Of a DNA stretch of 35,331 bases, positions 1-6,599 are shown piece after piece; within the stretch, counting starts at the first letter, position 1, and the number at the start of each line of letters is the position of its first letter. The DNA is from a virus (taxonomy: Duplodnaviria; Caudoviricetes): IMG/VR virus record IMGVR_UViG_3300005286_000486, positions 1 through 35,331 of that record, one strand, 5' to 3'. The notes beneath the pieces are model-generated. The model was given only the letters and a program-made list of their open reading frames with translations. It was not told the origin of the DNA and searched no databases. Both the position numbers and the translations under genes were made by a program.

Positions 1-291
1 CTGCAGCTCGGCGATCTGCCGGTTTCTTTCCCGAATGATTTTGAATGCCTCGTCGTTCAGGAGGAGCAGGGCGCGCAGCCAGTCGAGCGCGTTGCACAGG
101 ATCTCCTCGTCGTCGCTCGGGCATCCGCGCGCGATCGTGGCGATCGGCGTGAACTGGCCCGTCAGCTCGTCACGCGCGACGACCTGCGGGCGCTTGACGT
201 TCTGGTCGAACATGCGCGCCCATTCGGGCGAGGCCAGCCCAACGGTCACCCGGGCGCGCTCGAAGTGCTTCTTTGCCTCGTCGAGGTTCAT
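1..291 (-). CDS. Hypothetical phage early protein, runs off the left edge (MNLDEAKKHFERARVTVGLASPEWARMFDQ...)
   Basis: Read manually, not in the ORF track. GGAGG RBS; ATG at 291 overlaps the TGA (288-290) of the upstream gene; frame stays open to position 1. Confidence 0.75.
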   Translation of the reverse strand, partial: MNLDEAKKHFERARVTVGLASPEWARMFDQNVKRPQVVARDELTGQFTPIATIARGCPSDDEEILCNALDWLRALLLLNDEAFKIIRERNRQIAELQ

Positions 292-506
292 GGAGCCTCC
301 AGAAAACAATCGACGGCTCCGCGCATGCTGGTCACAGCGTCGTTATGGCCCTCGCGATAGGCGGGCGGCTTTGCTGAGAAGGTTTCGTCCTTCGCCGCCT
401 GGTCCTCGGTGAGAATCCAGTGCCGGCCGCACCAGTCGGCGAACTCCTCCAGCTTCCTGCGCAGGAGGTCCGCGACTTCCACTTCGAGGTTCACGCGGTC
501 AGTCAC
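288..506 (-). CDS. Hypothetical phage protein (72 aa, start re-called at GTG 506)
   Basis: GTGA overlap with the stop of 503..802 and a GAGG RBS; coupled at both ends. Confidence 0.7.
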   Translation of the reverse strand: MTDRVNLEVEVADLLRRKLEEFADWCGRHWILTEDQAAKDETFSAKPPAYREGHNDAVTSMRGAVDCFLEAP

Positions 507-802
507 TGGCGCACCTCGGACATGGAGGCGACGTGCATGCTGACGCGGGGGAGCGAGATGCGGGTGATGGCGAGGCCTCCCCATCTGCCGGCCGCCACCA
601 TGCGCCTGACGTAGATCTTACGCTCGTCGGCATCCGGGATCTGGCCGCCGGCGTCGAACGGCGCGGTGCGGCCGATCTCGCGCAGGCGCTGAACGATGCG
701 GAAGGTCGGCAGGTCGTAGAACTGCGCGATCTGGCGGATGCCATAGCCGCGATCGACAAGGCTCTCGATGTTGCCGGCGAGAATGGTGATCTGCTGGGTC
801 AC
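503..802 (-). CDS. Hypothetical phage protein, possible HTH
   Basis: Coupled by GTGA overlap to Gp37/Gp68; HTH-like segment GYGIRQIAQFYDLPTFRIVQRL. Confidence 0.7.
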   Translation of the reverse strand: MTQQITILAGNIESLVDRGYGIRQIAQFYDLPTFRIVQRLREIGRTAPFDAGGQIPDADERKIYVRRMVAAGRWGGLAITRISLPRVSMHVASMSEVRQ

Positions 803-1947
803 TGTGTAGTCTCCGGGAATGCGTTGTGTTCGATGCCGTCGAGGAGACGGCCGGCGCGGCGCTTGCCGACCTTCATCATCGTCATGGAGCGCTTGCCCTG
901 CTGGAATGCAGCCCGGTCGGTGATGCCGTGGCGCTGTGCGTCGTTATCCAGCACCGTCGTGTCGACGGTGCAGTGCCGGACGCCGTCTGGCATCCTGGCG
1001 GGCAGATAGAGGCTGTCGCAGAACTGGTCCGACATATGGTCTACCGGAAGCCACTCGCCCCACTGCTTGAACAGGAACGGCACGCCGGCCGACTCGCACT
1101 GGTCGCGCAGAGATCTTGCCCAGTCGGGATGCATGGGGCGGGCGCCGGGGCCGCTCTCGCCGCCGGCGACGACCCAGTCGAGGGTCGGCGCGGATTGCAT
1201 GTCGTGCTGCGTAAGCGCGCTATCGCAGACGACACTATCTCCTATGCGGCCGCCCGTGGGGATCATCGTCAGGTCCAGCGGCCCGAGCAACGGCTCGGCG
1301 CTGATCCATCGGATAGCGGCCGGGGTGTCGAGCAGGATCGGGATGCGATCGTCGGCGCGGCGCTGGTCCTCGACCGATACTCCGAGCCAGACATTGGGGA
1401 GCGGCCAGTTGCGCATTGTCACGTCATCGGGGAAATCGATGTCGCCTATTGATGCAACTGGCCACGATGCATTGATCGCCCTTGTCGCCGGCACTCGGTC
1501 CGGCGCACCTAAAAGATATCGGTCAATCATGAACCGGGCCAGCTTTCCGGCGCGTCCATTGAGGTATTCCCGCATCCGTTCCGGCCGCTTCGTCAGCACC
1601 TGAAACACGTGCTGCGGCGCCAGCGCCATGACGGCGAAGACCTGGTCCATCCACTCGTCCGGCACGCCTTCGGCGAACAGGTCGCCGTGGGCGCAGACGA
1701 AGATCCTGCGCGGGCGCTTCCATCTCAGCGGCTCCGACGGCCATTGCTCGTTGAAGCGAACCTTGCCGTTCCACACCGGACCGGCTTTCGTGTCGATCGT
1801 CAGCCCCGCGCGGCTCGGATGGTGCTTCAGCCGCGTGCCGGCGAGCCTCATCGCGTAGCAGTTGGTGCATCCGGGCGAGACGACGGAACAGCCGGTGACC
1901 GGGTTCCACGTGGCGTCGGTCCATTCGATCTTCGTGCCGTCAGCCAT
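799..1947 (-). CDS. Phage Gp37/Gp68 (DUF5131) family protein
   Basis: IEWTDATWNPVTGCSVVSPGCTNCYA, FQVLTKRPERM, NVWLGVSVEDQ, SAEPLLGP, WVVAGGESG and FLFKQWG motifs. Confidence 0.92.
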   Translation of the reverse strand: MADGTKIEWTDATWNPVTGCSVVSPGCTNCYAMRLAGTRLKHHPSRAGLTIDTKAGPVWNGKVRFNEQWPSEPLRWKRPRRIFVCAHGDLFAEGVPDEWMDQVFAVMALAPQHVFQVLTKRPERMREYLNGRAGKLARFMIDRYLLGAPDRVPATRAINASWPVASIGDIDFPDDVTMRNWPLPNVWLGVSVEDQRRADDRIPILLDTPAAIRWISAEPLLGPLDLTMIPTGGRIGDSVVCDSALTQHDMQSAPTLDWVVAGGESGPGARPMHPDWARSLRDQCESAGVPFLFKQWGEWLPVDHMSDQFCDSLYLPARMPDGVRHCTVDTTVLDNDAQRHGITDRAAFQQGKRSMTMMKVGKRRAGRLLDGIEHNAFPETTQ

Positions 1948-2116
1948 GGGTGTTTTCCTTCACTCTTTTGACCTTGTCGACCTTGACGCTGCGCAGGCGC
2001 TCGGCGATCTCGCGGGCTTCTTTGGCGTCGCGGGCGGTGACGTCCATCTTGTCGCCGTCGACGTAGTGGACGCGGAAGGGGATGAGGGGCTGCGGCGCGG
2101 TGATGGGATCAGGCAT
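1940..2116 (-). CDS. Small hypothetical protein, 58 aa (MPDPITAPQPLIPFRVHYVDGDKMDVTARDAKEAREIAERLRSVKVDKVKRVKENTHG)
   Basis: Read manually (below track cutoff); GGAGG RBS; overlaps both neighbours by 8 nt. Confidence 0.7.
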   Translation of the reverse strand: MPDPITAPQPLIPFRVHYVDGDKMDVTARDAKEAREIAERLRSVKVDKVKRVKENTHG

Positions 2117-2435
2117 GATCGCCTCCCCGGACCTGCAGCCATTGCCGGGCGGCGCGGGAGAGGTCGTGATCGGCCTCCGGATTGCCGCGCAGGTTGACGA
2201 GCGTCAGGACCAGCCTGCAGCACCAGGCGAGCGCGCGGCCGTTGCGCACGCCGCCGAGGCGTTCCAGCGGCACGCCCTTTTTGGCGTTGTGGGTGGCGCA
2301 TTCGATGTCGCCGAGCACGGTGTACGCGTGGTCGGACGCGTCGCCGAGCTGCTGCAGCGCGAAGGTGTCCGGCTCGCGCGGTTTTTGCGCGGGCTGGCGG
2401 GCTGGAAAGGGGATGATGGCGCAGAGGTGGGTCAT
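2109..2435 (-). CDS. Hypothetical phage protein (108 aa, MTHLCAIIPFP...)
   Basis: ATGA overlap at 2432-2435 with GAGG RBS; C-terminal part of track ORF 2109..2738. Confidence 0.65.
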   Translation of the reverse strand: MTHLCAIIPFPARQPAQKPREPDTFALQQLGDASDHAYTVLGDIECATHNAKKGVPLERLGGVRNGRALAWCCRLVLTLVNLRGNPEADHDLSRAARQWLQVRGGDHA

Positions 2436-2929
2436 GGCCGGACCTCGAACCGGGACGGCTCCGGAATGGCGGAGCCCGGCGGCAGGGGATTGCCATCGCC
2501 ATCGGTGAAACCTTCGAGTTCCGGACCGCAGCAATAGGCGTGCAGCTGGCTGCCATTGTTGTAGTCTGGATAGTATGGGTCGCCGTCGTAAAGCGGCTCG
2601 CCGCAGGCCAAGCACTCGCAAGCCTGCTTCTCGGACAGACGCTCGACGCGCTCCATTTCTGCGGCGATCAGGGCGGCGGCGCGCTTGAGATCGTGGTAAT
2701 AGCCCTTGGGCTTCCACCATGACGGGTCGAATGGCCACGCTTCGGGCGGTGACGTAATGTCTTGCCCGTCAGCCCGGGAAATGGCGGAGGCGAGATAACC
2801 TTCCGCCGCCGCCGCAAGTTCGCCGTATTCATGCTGGTCGTCGTGGGCTTCCGTCCAGCCTTCCTCGCCGACCTGGCGCTTCCGCTCCTCGGCGATCGCG
2901 TTCATCGCCTTGCCGTATTCGCTGAGCAT
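2432..2929 (-). CDS. Conserved phage hypothetical (ERxRQ..EGW...HDD.H..GELA..A..Y / WP...WWKP family) with Cys-rich tail
   Basis: Motif pattern common in temperate-phage early regions; GAGGAG RBS before ATG 2929; C-terminal CLAC...HAYCC. Confidence 0.8.
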   Translation of the reverse strand: MLSEYGKAMNAIAEERKRQVGEEGWTEAHDDQHEYGELAAAAEGYLASAISRADGQDITSPPEAWPFDPSWWKPKGYYHDLKRAAALIAAEMERVERLSEKQACECLACGEPLYDGDPYYPDYNNGSQLHAYCCGPELEGFTDGDGNPLPPGSAIPEPSRFEVRP

Positions 2930-2940
2930 GACGGTTCTCC

Positions 2941-3108
2941 TCAAACTTGGGTGATCTTGGTTTCGGGTTGGAGGCCGCCGGCCTCGTCGGCGGACATCAC
3001 GGCGATGTGCCAGCCGAGGAAGAGGGCCAGCGCCGCCGAAAGCAGGTAGGACAGGGCGGCGTTTATGGCGCGCTGGCGCTCGACGATGAGATCGATCAGG
3101 TCTTTCAT
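2941..3108 (-). CDS. Small single-TM protein, 55 aa (MKDLIDLIVERQRAINAALSYLLSAALALFLGWHIAVMSADEAGGLQPETKITQV)
   Basis: Read manually; GAGG RBS; hydrophobic stretch of about 20 aa; fills the operon gap. Confidence 0.65.
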   Translation of the reverse strand: MKDLIDLIVERQRAINAALSYLLSAALALFLGWHIAVMSADEAGGLQPETKITQV

Positions 3109-3171
3109 GGGTTTGCCTCGTGATCCGTTCGGGAAGCCGCACCCATCGGTGCGGCCGATCCAAGCGGATCG

Positions 3172-3363
3172 TCAGAGCGCGCGGGTGCTGGCGGCGGCGT
3201 AGCGGATCGACGCGGCCTCAATGACGGCGGGCGTGATCTCGGCACGAGCCACGCCCAGGCGGCGGGCGGCGAGTTCCTCGGTGCAGCCCTCGCCGCCGTT
3301 CTCCATCACAAGATTGGCGAGCTGGCGGGCAAGGCTGGTCTGGCGTGGGGTCAGGTCTGTCAT
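3172..3363 (-). CDS. Hypothetical protein, 63 aa, possible HTH
   Basis: AAAGGA RBS; operon-consistent orientation. Confidence 0.7.
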   Translation of the reverse strand: MTDLTPRQTSLARQLANLVMENGGEGCTEELAARRLGVARAEITPAVIEAASIRYAAASTRAL

Positions 3364-3396
3364 GGTCTATGGTCCTTTGTCTGGAGAGGGGAAAGG

Positions 3397-3418
3397 GACC
3401 CGCGCTTTCGCGCGGATC
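3397..3418 (-). promoter_or_regulatory. GC stem / GAAA-loop hairpin immediately after the Mtd-like stop; candidate DGR target-recognition hairpin
   Basis: Minus strand GATCCGCGC-GAAA-GCGCGGGTC; same position and loop as the BPP-1 mtd hairpin (recalled). Confidence 0.7.
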
Positions 3419-4310
3419 AGGCAGGAGTCAGGTGGTCGCAGGCGCCGCGGGCACCCAGGCTGTCGTTCGAGAGGCCCGGCCAGTCATCGAGGTACGCGCA
3501 CCGGGACCCGGCATCCGAGCCGCTGAGCCAGGAGCCGCCGAAGAGGGACGGACGCCGGAAATCCGGATCGCCGTCCGTGCCCCAGATCCACATGTTGCCG
3601 GTCGCCTGCATCAGGCCGATCCGGCTGGTGCGGGCGGGATCGAGAGCGGTGCGGACCGGATCCTCGTCAACGGACGACTTTTCCGTCACGCCGAAGGTGG
3701 CGACGCGGAATTCGTCGTAGGTCATCATGCGCTTGCCGTGGGCGGCGAGAATGTCGGTCGCTGACTTGAAATCCAGTAGCCGCAGCGAGCGACCATCGGC
3801 AATCTCTTCGCCAAAACGGCTGGTGCCGTGGTGCTGGTGACCGGTGTTCGTCAGGTAGATGTCGCACCAGAACGGCGCGACCGGGCTGTTGCCGTAGATC
3901 AGAACCATGCCGCGCGGATCCGCGCAGGCGGGGCGGAAGCCGATATCCCAGATCGAGAAGGGGTTGATGGCAGGAATGTCGTCGCCGCCGGCACGGGCCT
4001 CGGCATTGCCGCCGGGGGCGAAGTGGAAGCCGGCGAGATAGCCGGCGTCAAGCGGGTTGGTGTCGTCGGCGCGGACCAGCGACGGCTTTCCGCTGCGCGA
4101 GACCGCGACGGCATAATCGGTGCCCGCGACCAGGTTGCCGGTGTCGAGCGCCGTGTCGGTGCTGAACGTGACCGTATCGTCGTCGTTCTCGACGACGGTT
4201 CCGCGACGGATGACGATCTGCTCGCGGCCGATGGCCTTCAGGACGGGAAGGGTCGGCTCGGGCCGCCAGATGCGCGGCGCCTTGATCAGGGGGTCGGCGG
4301 TGTCGGTCAT
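3417..4310 (-). CDS. mtd: Major tropism determinant (Mtd)-like C-type-lectin-fold protein with C-terminal DGR variable region; lacks the Mtd N-terminal domain (297 aa)
   Basis: Collinear BPP-1 Mtd motifs: LVAGTDYAV, GFHFAPGGNA, INPFSIWDIGFRPACADPRGM, FWCDIYL, HGKR..YDEF...FG, GLMQATGNMWIWG, LFGGSW...GSR, GARGACDHL. AAGGAG RBS before ATG 4310. Confidence 0.9.
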   Translation of the reverse strand: MTDTADPLIKAPRIWRPEPTLPVLKAIGREQIVIRRGTVVENDDDTVTFSTDTALDTGNLVAGTDYAVAVSRSGKPSLVRADDTNPLDAGYLAGFHFAPGGNAEARAGGDDIPAINPFSIWDIGFRPACADPRGMVLIYGNSPVAPFWCDIYLTNTGHQHHGTSRFGEEIADGRSLRLLDFKSATDILAAHGKRMMTYDEFRVATFGVTEKSSVDEDPVRTALDPARTSRIGLMQATGNMWIWGTDGDPDFRRPSLFGGSWLSGSDAGSRCAYLDDWPGLSNDSLGARGACDHLTPA

Positions 4311-4492
4311 GAAGTTACGCTCCTTCAGCAGAGAGAGGGAAAGGGTTGTGGATGCCGGTGGAAAAGGACGATGCGATTGACGCGCGCGGGTGATCCTGAT
4401 GGGATGCAACCGTGAATAAGCGGCGCCGAGTCGTGTCCAACCACAACACGGCGCCTGTCATCCCCACGCGAACACACCACATGGAGACGATT

Positions 4493-4666
4493 ATGAAAGA
4501 CAAGGCTGTCGGTTTGGGCTCGGCAGGGCCGCGCCAGCCGGTTCTGGAGCAGCGCAGCCTCGGGCCGCGCCAGCCAATGATGACCACGGAGCCGCGTCCC
4601 GGAAGCGGGCCCGGACCGAGACAACCCGTCCCGCGCCCCGCGGCTCCGCCGCCGCCAAAGAAGTGA
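4493..4666 (+). CDS. Pro-rich 57-aa peptide with three GPRQP repeats, ending PPPPKK
   Basis: GGAG RBS 6 nt before ATG 4493; the repeat is kept at protein level although the third copy uses different codons. Confidence 0.7.
   Translation: MKDKAVGLGSAGPRQPVLEQRSLGPRQPMMTTEPRPGSGPGPRQPVPRPAAPPPPKK
4526..4627 (+). repeat. GPRQP-coding direct repeats (GGGCCGCGCCAGCC at 4526 and 4562; GGACCGAGACAACCC at 4613)
   Basis: Seen directly in sequence. Confidence 0.85.
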
Positions 4667-4674
4667 GGAAGTCC

Positions 4675-5217
4675 ATGGACAATGACCGCGAGAACATTCG
4701 TTTCAACGCCCTGCGCAACGCGCTCTACCACACAGGTCGACGCCTGACGTTCGAGCGCTGGAACAGGTGGTGCAATTTCGCGGTCATTCTCCTTGGCGCA
4801 GCGGCGATGGCCGATTTCGCCAAGGGCGCGGGCTTCGGCGACCATCAGTATGTCCTCGGCGGACTGGTGGCGGCGGTCGGCGCCGCGCAGCTGGTGTTCG
4901 ATTTCGCCGGCCGGGCGCGGGACCATCAGGCCCTGCAGCGGGATTATTATCACCTGCTGGCCGACATCGAGGAGGCGGCCGCGCCGGATGAAAGCCTCGT
5001 TTCCCTGTGGCGCGGACGCATGATCCGCATCGCCGGCGATGAGCCGCCGACCTACCGGGCGCTGGACGCCAAGGCCTACAACGACGCGATCGGCGCGACC
5101 GAGATATTTCCCCTCACCGAACGGCTGCACATCCCGTGGCATCATCGCCTGTTCGGGGCATTCTGGGCCTTCGAGGGATACGACTACCGAAAGATCGGCG
5201 AACTGCCGGCGCGGTGA
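4675..5217 (+). CDS. SLATT-like two-TM membrane protein (180 aa), moron
   Basis: Amphipathic helix, two TM segments (FAVILLGAAAMA; VLGGLVAAVGAAQLVF), then the A..H......Y..L helix typical of SLATT domains; GAGGA RBS. Confidence 0.72.
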   Translation: MDNDRENIRFNALRNALYHTGRRLTFERWNRWCNFAVILLGAAAMADFAKGAGFGDHQYVLGGLVAAVGAAQLVFDFAGRARDHQALQRDYYHLLADIEEAAAPDESLVSLWRGRMIRIAGDEPPTYRALDAKAYNDAIGATEIFPLTERLHIPWHHRLFGAFWAFEGYDYRKIGELPAR

Positions 5218-5249
5218 CGTCCGTCTCGCAATCCTTTCCATCTTCCAGT

Positions 5250-5350
5250 CTCCTCATCATCCCGACCGCGCCGCCGCCGGAGGGGGACAGGGGGATTGTC
5301 CGGCGGCGGCTGTCGGTCCTCCCGCCGTGGGTTGGGGGGCGGCGGGATGA
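5250..5350 (-). ncRNA. Structured pL leader with two C-rich-loop hairpins
   Basis: Stems 5320-5327/5340-5347 and 5270-5281/5299-5310 (extended by 5264-5268/5314-5318); alternative pairing 5257-5264/5343-5350. Confidence 0.5.
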
Positions 5351-5356
5351 GAAGAA

Positions 5357-5397
5357 AGGATATGCGCTTATGCATAAATGTCAATGCGTATGCGCAT
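5357..5397 (-). promoter_or_regulatory. pL promoter (TTGACA-16-TATCCT) with two operators
   Basis: -35 at 5384-5379, -10 at 5362-5357; ATGC-N6-GCAT palindromes at 5362-5375 and 5384-5397. Confidence 0.75.
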
Positions 5398-5415
5398 AGA
5401 AAAATGCGGACGCAG

Positions 5416-5439
5416 AAAAGCCCGCCGGGCGCGGCGGGC
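5416..5439 (-). terminator. Intrinsic terminator of cI
   Basis: Minus strand GCCCGCCG-CGCC-CGGCGGGC-TTTT, about 20 nt after the cI stop. Confidence 0.75.
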
Positions 5440-5459
5440 CGAGCTGGACTAAATGCGGG

Positions 5460-6134
5460 CTAAATGGTGAAGCGACCGATATATCTTCCGACGATATGGA
5501 TCTCGTCGATCGTGAGTTCGCGTTCTCGATGATGCGGATTGTCAGATGATATTCGCACCGTGATCGTTTCGTCGGACGGCTTCGATGTCACCTCAAGCCG
5601 TTTGAGAATCACTCCGCCGAACTCGTCGGCCACGGCATAAATGCCGGGCGGAGAGGGCACCCGGTGTCTTGTGTCGATGAAAACAACGTCGCCATCGCGA
5701 ATGGTCGGCGTCATCGAGTCGCCTTGCGTCCGAAACGCAGCGACGTGCCTGCTGGCGACGCCGAGGGTACTGAGCATCCAGTCAGGTATTCGCCAATGGT
5801 CGCGAACGACCTCCTTGGCGAAGGTGATCCCATTTGCGGAAGTCGCTTCGACGACCGCGAACCCGCCACCGCCCAGACCCGCGACCAGGTCGATTTCCGG
5901 AATGGATTTTAGGTCCGAGAGCGGCGCCTGGTGCACGTGGTCGGAGCCTATGACGCCGCGCTCCGCCGCAAGCTCGAACAGCGCGCCCATTGTGGAGAAT
6001 CCGGGTTCGGCGCCTTTCAGCCAGCGAGCGACTGTGGACTGATTGACGCCAAACTCGGCGGCAAGACTCTCTTGAGTGTAGCCCGCGTTGAGAAGGCCTC
6101 TTACGACCTCCGAGACTTCAGGTATCTTGCTCAT
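5460..6134 (-). CDS. cI: CI-like repressor (XRE HTH + S24 autopeptidase)
   Basis: HTH TQESLAAEFGVNQSTVARW; AG cleavage region VAGLGGG; catalytic GDSMTP Ser and ILKRL Lys. Confidence 0.95.
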   Translation of the reverse strand: MSKIPEVSEVVRGLLNAGYTQESLAAEFGVNQSTVARWLKGAEPGFSTMGALFELAAERGVIGSDHVHQAPLSDLKSIPEIDLVAGLGGGGFAVVEATSANGITFAKEVVRDHWRIPDWMLSTLGVASRHVAAFRTQGDSMTPTIRDGDVVFIDTRHRVPSPPGIYAVADEFGGVILKRLEVTSKPSDETITVRISSDNPHHRERELTIDEIHIVGRYIGRFTI

Positions 6135-6169
6135 GGTGACTGGTTATCCAGCGAAGGCGCGCGAGTAAA

Positions 6170-6230
6170 ATGCGTGGACGCATTTGCGAGGGTTGCGTTT
6201 TTAGCCTAATGCGCATATGCTTATGCGCAT
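6170..6230 (+). promoter_or_regulatory. pR promoter (TTGCGT-17-TATGCT) with OR operators
   Basis: -35 6193-6198, -10 6216-6221; ATGCGTGGACGCAT 6170-6183 and ATGCTTATGCGCAT 6217-6230 match the pL operators. Confidence 0.75.
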
Positions 6231-6447
6231 GAACGCTGTCACCCACATCCGCAAGAACATACTCGGCGCCACTCAAGGCGAGATTGCCGCGATCGTTGGC
6301 GTCGGGCAGACGACCGTCTCGCGCTGGGAACGGGGTGAATTGAGCCCGGACCTTGATCAGATGCGGAGGCTGCGTAGCGAATTGCTGCGACGCGGGGTCG
6401 AGTGGGATGACGCGTGGTTTTTCGATGTCCCGGAGGCCGCCGAATGA
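6229..6447 (+). CDS. cro: Cro-like HTH regulator, probably leaderless
   Basis: HTH TQGEIAAIVGVGQTTVSRWE; divergent from cI; ATG 7 nt after the -10 box with no RBS. Confidence 0.88.
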   Translation: MNAVTHIRKNILGATQGEIAAIVGVGQTTVSRWERGELSPDLDQMRRLRSELLRRGVEWDDAWFFDVPEAAE

Positions 6448-6599
6448 GCCGCCTCGTTCAACCCCGTGAAAGGACAGTGCCATGCGCACGGCAAAAGACG
6501 GCCGACCTCTTCTCTTTGACAAGGCGTGGCAAGTCGAGCGGCTACTGCAGCTTGTTTCTCCGCCGTTGCCGCTCGATGCGGAAAAATCCGGGCAATCGC

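Noticed and set aside
4377-4405. Promoter for the peptide/SLATT cassette (TTGACG at 4377)
   Set aside because: No convincing -10 at 16-18 nt spacing; not called.
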